From NCBI GenBank assembly GCA_021613535.1, contig CP075496.1:6634001-6698000 (forward strand): 64,000 bases of DNA, in the 5' to 3' direction. Origin of the DNA: Adineta vaga. Lineage: Eukaryota > Animalia > Rotifera. Below, one piece after another: positions 39,146 to 52,213 of the stretch (positions are counted from its first letter, which is position 1; each line of letters begins with the position of its first letter). Below the pieces are notes generated by a model that searched no databases, was not told the origin of the DNA, and was given only the letters and a program-made list of their open reading frames with translations. Both the position numbers and the translations under genes were made by a program.

Positions 39146-41925
39146 ATGTCAAGATTTGCTGAACCAACAGTACTTACACGCTCAGGTGTATTTCATCGTC
39201 TCGGTAGTCTTCTAACCGATGTATCAAGTATCGATTCATCGGATTCACAAATTCCTTATCCTACTGATCAAATCACAAGCAATGATATAATTCATTTCGA
39301 TACATCTTTTGCACATCTATCATATCGACAAGATCTATCAACGATCGAACATATACACATTCGTTGTCAACCAGCATCATCGTTTGATGCGTCTATTCAT
39401 ACAAGTCTATGTGAAGTTGTACTTGGTATATATCCTGATACATATTTATCAACATCATCCTCAACTACGACTACTGAACAACCAATTATAGTACGTGGAG
39501 TTATTGAACGACGTCATCGTCGTATTAAAGTAGGTGATTGGTTATTAGCAATCAATGGTAATCGTGTCGATTGGTTAAATCTCAATGATATTTTATCAAA
39601 ATATTCTTCAAGTCGTAAAGTACGTCTTACAGTTTGTCATCCAGATGTTTTCAACACAAAATTTTCCTTATTACCACCACCACCAACTCTTTTATCATCA
39701 ATCGAAGAAAAAAAACTGACTCTACCTGACAAAATCGAATGTATACATTCGGTATTGTATTATCAAAAAAGACCAAATGAAGGATTTGCTTTATTATATC
39801 AATATCCTTCTCAAAAAGATATCTTTTTTGCTGCTGGTTGTGTTTTTCCAACATTAATACAAGTTATGCATGATATGAATGAACATGATAGTTTACTTCG
39901 TAGGTTAGTACAAAGTTCGAAATAAAACAAAACATAATGTTAAATACCACAGACAAGTTTGTTGATTTAATAAGAATAAAGAAGAGCAAATTCTTCAGAC
40001 AATTGTGCCTTAGTAGTTAACATGCGTACTTTCTATCACATTAATCGAAGATAAACAATGAATCTATCAATTCTTAAAGATCTAGTGAAACTAATTGTGT
40101 TATTATCTTTTTTTAGTATATCCATCAAACTAGCCGAACAACTTATACCCGTATGTGTTGCAAGTGATGATAATATATATTATTTAATAATAGTTTATCC
40201 TCCAATTGAAAATTTACATATATGTTTATTTGAACAACACACTCGACAAATGATTCGTTTAATAAATTTTTTGTTTGGTTCAATTTATGATGGATTATTT
40301 ATGTATAGTGAATCTATTCAATATTTTTTTGATATATTCTTCTATCGTTTAAATCATTTACTACCATCAACGTCAACAACAAATTCCACTTCGATATTCA
40401 AAAATCTTCGTTTAATCGATGAATTTTTATCTGCACAATTTGATAATTTTGGAACATGTCCAACTTTTATGTTAAATAATCAACAATTATTAATAAATAT
40501 TGATGGATTATTAAATCAATTAGAATGTCAACATATAAATGAATGTTCAAATGAAAACCATGATATTATCAATCGTTATCGACGAATTTTTTTTCTCAAT
40601 GGTTCCATTTTATTTCATCGTACTTATCTTTTAGTTAGTCATCTATCGAATGATCTAACAAGTGATATCTATCGTTTTCTTCTTCATTATGGACATTTGA
40701 ATGTAACACAATTGTCTTCTCAAAATGGACAATTGTTACTATTTAAAGAAATCTATCCAACTAGTTATGAAACGAAATATCGATCTTTTCTTATTGTTTG
40801 TACTCAAGGTGAATTAACATTAGCTGTGATTATTGAAACTGAATATGAGAAAACTGATTTAAAGTAAAAGAAATTCAATGTTTATCGTTATTCATTTGAA
40901 TTGTTTGTTTTTAGTATATCACCTGATCATGAAATAATACAACAGATTAAACTAACTTTAAATGATATTTATGCAATTCTTCCAAAATTACTAACAAATA
41001 CATCACCATGGCATCTTTCATCACCTTCGACATTTTTGAAAAAACAATTGAAACGAACAATTTCATTACCATTGATTGGAGGTATAATGAAGTAGTCAGA
41101 GATCGTTTTCTATATCGATAATTACATTGTATTCAATACGTCGATAGAATATTCGAACATGATATATATTTTGTCTTGTTATTTGTACTACATTTCTTCT
41201 TTTTCTCATATCAATTTCAACGAAGTCTTAAATTCCTTTTATATTTCTTAGGATTTAACCAATCTAATAAACCAACCACAAATGATTCAAATATTGACGA
41301 TACAACATCAATTGCATCTTCTCATCAACATGATCCATCTCTAACTGATGCTCGAGTGACTCAATTAGTTAGTCAACCTGAATCTCAAGATGAATTATAT
41401 AAAAGTAGTCGTCAATCATTTCGATCTTCCACATTATCTCTTGATAATTCTCAACAAAATAGAAATCTCCAATCCAGTCTCTCAACTTATCGATTACATC
41501 CAGGTGCTTATTCAACCATATTTTACTATCTAGATTTTCAATCTATTCGTGGATTACTTATTGCGCCTTATTTCACTCTTGATAAACTTACGCACGCAAC
41601 CTTAATTGACCGATTACTATTTGAAACAATACAACAAACATGCATCTATATTCGACAAAAACATTTTTCTCAATCAACACAAATCAAATCAAGCAATCTT
41701 TTTAGTAGAAAATCTCGTTCCAAATATTCTGAAATCGGTTGCCAATTTTCTCTTCATACTGATCCAGAAAATAAGAAGAAAAAAGATACGGATCTATTTC
41801 GATTTTGGATTACTGGCAAAAAATGTTTCCAACCCATTGAACACGAATTTTTCGTTTGTTATCATGATTCAATTGCACAAAATATTACTGAATTGGCATT
41901 TACTATTGGAATGTCATCAGTATAA
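39146..41925 (+). CDS. INTU: Inturned planar cell polarity effector (PDZ + longin domains; CPLANE complex)
   Basis: PDZ IIVRGVI..IKVGDWLLAINGNRVD..L..VRLTV; LLYQYP..AAGCVFPTL; GSILFHRTYLLVSHL..D; C-terminus EIGCQF..FWITGK..EFFVCYHDSIAQNITELAF, resembling the Inturned C-terminus. Confidence 0.88.
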
Positions 41926-43333
41926 ATCTGAGTGTTTCTTTTGACGATCTGATGAATGATTGTTGTTCTTTTTTCTCCTTTTCTAGAAGTGTAAACCAAA
42001 GTTTTAGTTATGAAAAATAAAATATATCTATATATTAGAAATATAATGAACGTTCACGATTAAATATTGATCGATAGAATGAAAGAATATGTCTATGTAT
42101 TGTCTAACTTCTCATTCGATCTGTTTACACTTCTGTGATTGTTGCTGAGTACTTTACCCTCGTTTTTATCATGCTGAGCTTTCCTAACCAAGAAAATATC
42201 TGATTTCATTTCTATTCATCTTTGCAATATGCGCAAAGACAATTACCGAATATTATCAACTATCATCTCGACTGTTACTCTGAACAACAAAATCAACAAT
42301 AACAACAACAACAACATTATCAGCTGATGTCGAAAGTTTTGGTCTTCGTTCTCTTACTAACAGTAAGTAGAAAGGCAAGACACGACTTTCTCCTTTTGTT
42401 ACTAGTATTGCTGATTAGGATTCAAACTGTTTTTGTCTTGTATACCATCTATACATATAGACAATTACACTACTGTTATTGTTGTTGATATTGCAGATAG
42501 TAACGACAACTCTCGCAGGAATGACAGTAACATAGAATCTGTCTTTAATCGTTTTTTCTTCTCTTTATGTATCATTACACAATGTACAGAACAAGCGAAA
42601 GGATAGAGAATAACAAAACATATTTCTACATTATTGCTGCTGCTTCTTCTTCTTCTTTTCCTTTATTACTTAGATTTTTCTTGTATGATATACAAGTAAT
42701 AAGATATTCTTTGGTTTTTATCTACGTATCTGTCTATAGATTTAAAGAACTTCTCGGCTGGTATAGAAACCTTTGAATCACTCGGATGTTTTGTTTCTGC
42801 GATAAAATAAAAAAGAGAAAAGAAACGAAGAAGAAAGCGACTGTTATTCTTAACGGTTCCTTTTTTATTTTCTCGAAAAATGTTTCGTCATGTTTTTTTT
42901 TCCATGTTGATTAGGAAATATATTATTCTTACTATCTCTCGACGCGCACTCAACCCATGCTTATCATGATTATAATAATCATCGTACATCATACTGGTAA
43001 CAGCCGTAGAAATGTATCGTAGATCTGATAGTTTTGTCCACAGGAAAGATGTACGGAGAAGTAGGCAGAATGACAGATTTCGTTTGTGTATAAATAAACA
43101 AACGACATATACAGATCAGATCTTGATAAAGAAAATATCTGAACAATTATTTTCTTTTTAGCCAGAGACAAAAACATCTCTTCGAACCGATAGAAAGCAT
43201 GAATAGATCAATATTTTATTTTGTATAGATAATAATGTCATAGAAGAAAAACAGTTATCGTAGTTAGAAAATTGATTTGTTATTTCACCTTTATATGATT
43301 TGTTGTTTTTTGTATATACATTATTTATTTTAG

Positions 43334-44606
43334 ATGTCTCGTTCTACATTCCTGACGACAACGTCGTCATTTGAGTCAAGTGAGACTCCATCTCTTTCGA
43401 CAACAACAAATAATAATACAGATCATACACGTGCTCTTCGTTATCATCATCGTTTAATGCCGACTATTTCTTCAAGTAGTCGATCAAACGAATCTCTACC
43501 TGTTCTTCTTGTTCAATCATCTTCAACAACAGATTCGACAACTAAAATTACTACAAATACTACTCAACATAAGTCAGTAGTACGTCTTAATCCAAAAGGT
43601 AAAAGAAATACAAGAGATAAACGTCGCGCAACTGGCATTAGACCAGATGATGTTTTATCAGCAAACGTATTAAATGATGTAAGTTATATCAAATATCAGT
43701 ATGATTCACATTTAGTTATTTATATAATTTTCTTAGAGTTCTTTTAATAATGAGGAAGAAGAAGACAATACAATCCCACACAATCAATTCATAACAATAA
43801 CCAGTGTAGAACCCAATGAATCTCATGATCGTAATCGAACAGTATGTGAATTCTTCTTCTTCTTCTTCTTCTTGTATTCCTATGACATTATTTTTTACTT
43901 GTAGAGTTCTCCAAAACCGGTGTTTACAGTCAGCCGAGTGCAGTACGTATATATTTTTATTAATGGGTCAAAAAATCGTCAGATTCTTATTGTTATTGTT
44001 TGTCAGGCCAACCTACGATGATAATTCTCGACATACATTCGATAAGTTAACAATCTCACGAACAGGTAATTATTGTTTCATAAATCAAAATGCTTCTAGT
44101 AACTCTTATTTGATAGATCCCTATACAATAACATCAACACCATCAGCAACAATTTTCCAACCTACTGAATTTATTGTTCGTCGGGTAGACTAAAGCAAAC
44201 TCTCTTTTCTGTAACATTATTATTACTTTTTTATGCTTATCTAGCAACCATCCGCCGACGATTCTTCGATGCTTAAATGTCGACAACTTGAAGAACGTAT
44301 TCGTACACTTGAATCTCTGATGTACGATAAAGATTCGATTATTCATGATTTACAAAGGAAACTTGATAACACTACTCGAGTAAATATTCTTGATTCTTAC
44401 TTTTGTTTTTCTTTCAATTAAAAAAGAAAAATATTCTTTTCAATTTAATTTAGGATTTGAACGATGCCGAACAACAAATTTATATATTACAAAGAGATAA
44501 ACTAACCTTAATCAAAGCTTTGACAAGTTTAGAAACAAATTCATCAGGAGGAACAACGGATCATTCTGCATCAACAGTTCGAACTGGTTTTATTACAAGA
44601 AATTGA
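43334..44606 (+). CDS. Ser/Thr-rich protein with a MYPT1/PPP1R12-type C-terminal phospho-motif and coiled-coil/leucine zipper, without ankyrin repeats; multi-exon
   Basis: RNTRDKRRATGI resembles the MYPT1 ROCK site (REKRRSTGV). The final exons read QLEERIRTLESLMYDKDSIIHDLQRKLDNTTR/DLNDAEQQIYILQRDKLTLIKALTSL, resembling the PRKG1-interacting leucine zipper. Several micro-exons lie in the middle. Confidence 0.6.
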
Positions 44607-44809
44607 AAAAAAAAGAAAAAAATTGCGTGTACGAGTGTGTTTTCTTCTGTATAAATATGAATATATAAATACTTGGTTTATCTCGAGAATGGATGTCATT
44701 CTAAGTGACAGAAGTTATGCAGAATATGTAAACAATATCTGTCATATGAAGGAGAGCAACAAATAAAGAAAGATGTTAACAGTCATTAGATGATTAGTTA
44801 TCGTTAAGG

Positions 44810-47800
44810 ATGTTGCTTCATAATGTTATTATCCTTCTTATTTTTGTTCTCCTTCATCGTAAGTGTAAAATACAAAAAAAACGAATATTTCTTGTTTTTT
44901 TTTCTAAAATAAATAAAATTATTGAATAGATGGTTTTGGAAATGATGATCTTTGTCGATTAATTGAACTGAATATTCCACAAAGTTTATCATCATATCAT
45001 TTTAATGATATAGAAGAGAAATTATTCTATAAGACAGATTCTATCTGTCAAAATAAACCAGTTTTTCGTTCAATGAAATATTCAAATCTATATCAATTTC
45101 AATCACCCACCAATCGTTGGTGGTCACTTTATGATACGACAAATTCGACATATAAATTAGGTATGCGTGAATGGTGTGATGCTTGGAATATGAAACCTTT
45201 ACTTTCCATGTCTTTGGGTATGTTTCAACATCCACTTGGAAAATCGAAACGAGGACAACGATGGCAATATGTAATTGTTCATGAAAGAAATAATAGTTAT
45301 ACATACAAATCGATGTCAAGTAAGACATATTTTCATCGTCTAAGAACAGCATAGTTACTTTATAATGTGTTATGTTTGGTTTCAAATATCGCTCTGTTTC
45401 AGAAATTTATATATATATATATGTCTTAAAGTATGCTATCTATTTCCGCCATTTTCATATCTTATCTTTGACAGATCGAGTACATCGAGTTAGGAAGAAT
45501 GAATTCATATCAATTACTTCAACTAGAGTGTAGAATTAGTTATTTTACGCTCTAATACTATTTCTCGTAAGATTCAATCTACAATGATCGATAGAGTAAA
45601 CAGTTTATCATGAAAAAAAGACTTTATTCTTCAAAAATTTCAGCAAGTAAGTTTCTCCTATTTTCTTCTATCCTCGTTAATAGATGTTCATCTTAAATGT
45701 TATGATCCTCCATCATTACCTTCACCATGTCAAACACGCCAATTAACATTTTTATTTGATTTAACTGAATTGACAACCGATAATGAATTTCATCAGATGA
45801 AATTATTGACTAAATCTCTCATATGGTTACTCTATAATCAGACGCAAATTGCTTTGAGTTATTATCGTGATACATTTCATCTTATACATTCATTTGATAA
45901 TCAAACATCATCGAAAAGTCTCGAACATTTATTTGATTCAGTTGATGCAATCAATAAACAATTGGAAACTCCAAAACGATTTGCTGTTCGATGGGCTGAA
46001 GCCATACATAATGTTGCAACAAAAATCTTTAAACGTCGTCTTTTATTACCAATAAATATCATCAATTCGACTGATCAATATCAATCATCAACAAATGATA
46101 CAATCGATGATGAAGTCTATACAGAACCATATCCATTAATTTATTCAGATGATCTTGCAATATTAACTATTCTTAATATAACAACTAAACCATATAGAGA
46201 AAAACGTTCAATCAAGACAAAATATGATAGACGAAATCATGTTCTTGTCATCTTAACATCACGTTCAAAAGATCTCTATGATTATAAAGAACGTGATAGA
46301 CGTTTAGCACAATTCGTTGCATCAGTACCATTACGAATCGTTGTTATCGATTTTAATAAAATCTCAAATAAGAAAACAGCTGAATATATGCATTCAGCCT
46401 TTGTTCATAATGCTAAATACGCGTTAGTATCACAGCCATTAACTTATAATTATATTGAAACATACGAAGAACTTGGTGATGCTGTGCATGGAAATCAATT
46501 ATTCGATCATTATCATCGTTTATGTCAGACAATTGATGAAAGTCTTTTCAATCAAAATTTTACAACTACTATTATGGAAACAAATGTTCTCTCAACAGTC
46601 GAATGTTCACTTTTAACATTATCAGATAATCAAGATCTTAGTTCAACATTAAAAGAAAAATTCGATTATACATTCTATCAAACAACTGATCGATGTTTTT
46701 ATGCACCTGTTTATCGATCTTTAGCTGATCGAAATTTATATGCACAAAGAATATCGAATGGACGATGGGTAATTATTCGTGTCGATCCTTTGTTACCTTC
46801 GATAATGACTATTGAACGAAGATTAGCATTGACTACTACAAGTACATTACCACGTAAGTTTAATTTCTAATTGATAAAATCTATGTCAAAAGTTTACTTC
46901 GAATAGTTATTTCATAGACATATTGAGAGATAACTTACAATATTGACTCTATTAAATTTTGAATGTTTCATTTTTGTTTTTTTAGCGGAATTTATTGATG
47001 GTGTTGACTATGTCAGTGATCCTATGATTGATGATAATTATCTTATCAATAATCGAACATTATCTACAGATATACAGATAAGTGTTCCACATTGTTCTAA
47101 TACACCCGGTCTAGACATTCTATGGGAAAGTGAAGATAGTTATAATATGAACGATTATTCTTTACGTTCACCACGTCAATGGATTTCAAATACAAATCAA
47201 TCCGATTTGATTCCACCAATTTGTAATAAATATAAAATATCTTGTCACACTACACGATATGATCTTCTTCTACTTATTGATTCTCAATATCAATATATAA
47301 CTTCCATACAAACATTTCTTGAAATCTTTCTTGCATTGATCGAACCATTCAGTCATCGTTTTAGTTTGATGGTACTCTCATCAACTACGGTAGATCCATT
47401 TCAATATCATTCTCCACTAACAGCTATCAATGTAATAAATAACAAAATACTTGAAAACTTCCTATTATATACTGATCATGAAAATAGTTCAATGGTTCAA
47501 TTAAATCAACATATGCAACGTGCAAGTGAATATTTAATGAACAATCAACAAGTCTTATCAACAACTCATACACAACAAATTATTTTAACAATTTCATCTC
47601 GATTAAATTTCAATGAATATGAAATGAAAAATCTTATTCAGCGTTATTCATCTATTCGATACATGGCACTTGATCCATATTTAAAAACTGATGACGATTT
47701 CATTAACGAACAAAAACGAGAAAAACTCATCACTGCACTAACATCATCACCTTCATATGGAAATGTATTTCGATCTTATGAAGCAAATCGAGATTTAACA

Positions 47801-47851
47801 TTCAATACTGTGTTTAGACTATTAGAAAGTTTATGTGGATATCTTCGATAG
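44810..47851 (+). CDS. Secreted protein (~830 aa) with two divergent VWA-like domains and an internal duplication, 4 exons
   Basis: Signal exon MLLHNVIILLIFVLLH (44810) splices in frame to ..GFGNDDLCRLIELN... VWA-like strands CQTRQLTFLFDLTE..HVLVILTSRS and CHTTRYDLLLLIDSQ..QIILTISSR. No C-terminal TM segment. Confidence 0.72.
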
Positions 47852-48791
47852 AAACACAATATATGATATCGTCAATGAAGAAAGAAAACTATTTCAATTT
47901 TTCACAAAAATTTCTTTTTTGTCAATTAAAACAAAAGAAATAAATAAATTTCATAATAGAGGCATGAAGCAATTTTTCTAGATAAAACAAGCTGTGCAAT
48001 GGGAAGAAAATGTGAACGATAGCTACACTTTTCCGACGAAAACATCGATTACATAGTTTACAGTTTAATGTAGAAAAATTAATTACAAGAGAACACTATT
48101 CAAATGGAAATTCCGATCATCTAAAAGAAATCCCTGCTTCTATGCTCATCTAATGTATGTATTTCTTTTCTGTTGATCATTACGTCCCATTTCTATAGCA
48201 AAACTGACAGCAGTTTTATCTCGAGATATTCTTCATTCAACTTCTTCTTGTCTCTTTTCAGATTTGTTTATAAACTCAGAAATTACTGGGATAATCGAAC
48301 GCACTCCTTAGTTTCGATAAAACGCAACAAATGATGTTAGAATAAAGATCTTGAAATCTTATGAATCAAAGTCACCTGTCACACTAGATGAATTATTCCG
48401 AATAATATTCTGCATCAAAAACAATCATGGCTCACAAAAGAAATGTAGTTGAACAGATAAATATAAGAAATTTCTTGAGCATATGAAGTCAATCATTACA
48501 TCATTTGATTGATTCAGTTTTATCGTATCTTGACAACAGAGACATATGATCCCATCAAATTTATCTTCTAATAAATTCATTTAGAAGCATGATTATCGAT
48601 TTATTTTATTAATAAATAGTTTAGAAGAATGATTGAGAAAAACTAATATCCTTTATTCGGATCAATAAGCAATAAAATTTGTATATATTCAGTATTGATT
48701 CTATTATCTCTCATGTTTTATAATATATCTCCAATAAATATCAATAATTTTGTGTATATACGTTCGTTAATAACCAAATTTATACAACAAA

Positions 48792-50233
48792 TTAACCTCT
48801 AACATAATATGGAATATCATTGATAACGAAAATCATTTTAGTCTTTGGTGTTTTTGTGTTTTGATCGATTTCTTGTGTGCAAACTACATAGAAAAATAAA
48901 GTAGATTTCCAAGAAAATTATCAATGTACATACATTCATATTTATGTACCATAAAATTCCAGGTTTTCCCATCATATTCCAGTTGATACTGAAGAAAAAT
49001 TAATAGAATATTAGAAAGATCAGATAGAGCTGCCAGTTTTTGTTCTTTTTGAAGCGAACCAGAAATAAGTAAGTGTCAAATATATTTTGACACGGAGTTC
49101 TTTTTGATTAATTATTTCTATTTATAACTTCAAGGAATTTACTCGGTACTTTCAACTTCAGCTAATATCATACCAGAAACGTCGAAAGGATGTGTGCAAT
49201 ATATTATCTCAGATAGAAAATCAATTTAAGTACTCATTAGTTAAGTGAATAGTCTATGAAAGTTTCCTTACCTTCTGTCCAATATTACATTGGAATGTAC
49301 CACCAAAATATGTTACGAATTTTTCTGCTAATTTTTTCAATTTTCCTTCAGCTACATAGATATTAATCATTTCTTGTATGTTATCCATTCTATAATAGTT
49401 CTTTTCCTATAAAATAACTAGTTTCTAAAAACAACTTACCCTTGTATACAGACATTCAACCAAATCTCACCAATTGCTGGTGCTTTACTTGAAATACTAG
49501 AAACTGAAAAAAGTCTGAAGATGACTACGGAGATATCTCAGTGATAAGAAAAATGTACCTGATCGATTACGACAGAGATCATCAGTATGAAATGATTGAG
49601 ATAGTTTATTCACGGATAGGATTTGTTCATTCGTGTTCTTGGAAATAGATTTTTCAGGTGCCGAATATCGTTGTAATACTAAATATAATATCAATAAAAT
49701 TTTAAACAAACTCATCAATAATGAAATCACTCGATGGTTGTTCAGTAAGAACATCTTGACTTGACCAACGACGTATATCACTTAATCGTCGATACCATGG
49801 TAAAGAATATGTACCTTGATCGAAACACATGAAAGTACGAACTCATTCATGAAGATTCTTACGTGGGAGAACTGTATTGACTTTCATTTTTTCTACTTGT
49901 GATAAATTATCTAAATTACAGATATTATCAGTAAATGAAGTATTTCTTTGACTTACTGAAATATATATCCAAATGATTGATAACATATCGAACTTGTTCT
50001 TCAAATGGTATATGTTCATTATGAAATAAATCATTTAATTGTTTTTCTAAGATATTTTTAAATTCAATTGTATCAACATTCCATTTTGCTTCATCAAGAT
50101 CATAAGATAATATTAATTCAGAACATAAATCATCTTTTCTATGATAAAAACAATAATAGATTCGCGATGCTTTGTCATATTGAATGGTCACTTTTCTATA
50201 TTCTTGAATATTATTTTCATAGAGAGCCAACAT
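48792..50233 (-). CDS. Multi-exon protein of unknown function (about 9 short exons); termini tentative
   Basis: Consecutive phase-compatible GT-AG junctions give MLALYENNIQ..DIYF/NNLSQVEK..VLPR/TYSLPWYRRLSDIRRWSSQD/..RNRS/VSSISSKAPAIGEIWLNVCIQG/MDNIQEMINIYVAEGKL..GQK/IIYCTHPFDVSGMIL../..YQLEYDGKTWNFMVHKYE/FCTQE..IPYYVRG*. Confidence 0.6.
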
Positions 50234-52213
50234 TTTCTTTGATTTCAAAATAAATGATTTTTACATTCATATTTGTTTTTCTTTTGCTTCGTAGAATGTA
50301 TCTTTACATTCCAACACGTTTAAACAACGTGTATAACAAGAAGAAGAATGTCTAACTTGAAATTCGATTCTCATCATTACATATATACGATTCAGATACT
50401 TTTGTTCGGGATGAAATATACAGAATATCATTTTTTATGTAAAATACGATGGATTTATCTCGGCTGCTTATTCATTGATAATTGTACTCAGTTTGCAGAG
50501 ATGTATGCCAAGTTGTAAGAATAAAGAGTGTTCATGACAGTTTTACAGATAACTTCTGTGTCATAATTTGAAATAGGAAAAAAATTGTAATTAAAACTGT
50601 TAAAGACATCATGTAAGGATGAAAAGTGTCATTAGATGCTTCTTAGATTGATGAAATTTTACAAATGAAGCATTGCCATTTGTATGATATTATGCTAATT
50701 CGGATTGCTAAATTAGAAAATATCACATATAGATTGTAGACAGATGTTTATGTTTAAAATATATTTTTTCTACTGAAATTATCTGTAATCTATTCCTGCA
50801 TGTTATTATTTTAACCTATTGTCAACTTTAAAGACGAAAATAGTTCTTTAATAGGAATAATCTATTTGTATTCATATCAATCCTATTTTTTTACCATTTT
50901 TAAAACACAGGTACACAATAATCTTGCTCAGTTATTAACTGTGATAATTGTTATTTACGTATATTAATAATTTCTATCATTATTTTCTAATTACAACCGA
51001 AATCTTCATCGGAAGTTGATAGAAAATTCTAATTTTGACCACCAGATTTTCACAATCTTGGATAAATGTGCGATATTAATTATTATGGAATTAAGCGAAA
51101 ACTTCTAATTTTTTACGTACACAAAATCTATTTTTAGACACTCTATTCATTTTCAATGCTAATTTCCAAGAGATCGAACATCAATATATTACAGTTTTAT
51201 CTTCAATTTCTATGTTGATGTAAAACACGATATTCTTCTTGCTTTATGATTAACTAACGTACTTACCAAGTAAAGGCAGAAAATTACTTGTACTATATAA
51301 CCTTGAAAGCAATATATTCTGATAAGTTCAAAAAGTATACAAAGACTCTTATAGAATAAGTACTTCTTCGCTATATCAAAATTAAAATAGAACGGATATC
51401 TTTTTAAATTGATTGTTTTATAAGAGAATCTAAACAAAGCTAAAACAGTCTCAACTGTTGATGATATATCATGTCTTGATTCGTAATAGATAACCACTGT
51501 CAGTCTAAATTAATTTTGATAAATTACAGATGAATATAGTCATATGTGATATTCATTGATCATCTGTCAGAAAAACAAGACACATTCAATATGATCTTCT
51601 CTTTCATAAATTTATCTCTCATATTGAAACTAAAAATTAGAAATCGACAGCAATCATGTCACAAAAACGTTTCACATAGAAAAACAAAAGAAAGAAAAAA
51701 AACAGCGATTTTTCCAAGAAACAAACTTTGCAAGAAACGCCAAAACAGAATCAGATGAAATCAAACTGACAAACAACAGCAAATAATAACAAATAAGCAA
51801 ACAACAATCGAATTTTTCAAGAAAAGAAATATCAAGAAACTAAATCAAACAGAATAAATTACGTATCACAGTTAAGCGAGATTCTGTCACAAAGAAAACG
51901 CTCAGAAATACAAATATATATATATATATACGTACAAATCTTTTGGATTGACGTTTTCTTATTTCTTTCTCTCACAACTGAATTATTTTCTTTGCGTTTT
52001 TTGTTTTCGATTTACACATATTCACGAAAATAACAAAAAATCACAGTCAAATAGAACAAGTAAGTAACTCGAAATACTTTTAACACAAAATACAAGACAA
52101 TAAAATCAATCATGATGCATAAAGTAGCACCTGGCGAGTATTGAAAACTATCCATGAAAGTTTCAACAAAACATTGATGTAATAAGAACCATCTGTATTC
52201 GATAAAAACTTGT

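Noticed and set aside
49843-49845. In-frame TGA suggesting a pseudogene or stop readthrough (..KNLHE*VRTF..)
   Set aside because: It lies inside a 48-nt intron with a perfect GTAAGA donor and TCAAG acceptor; splicing restores ..VLPRTYSLPW..
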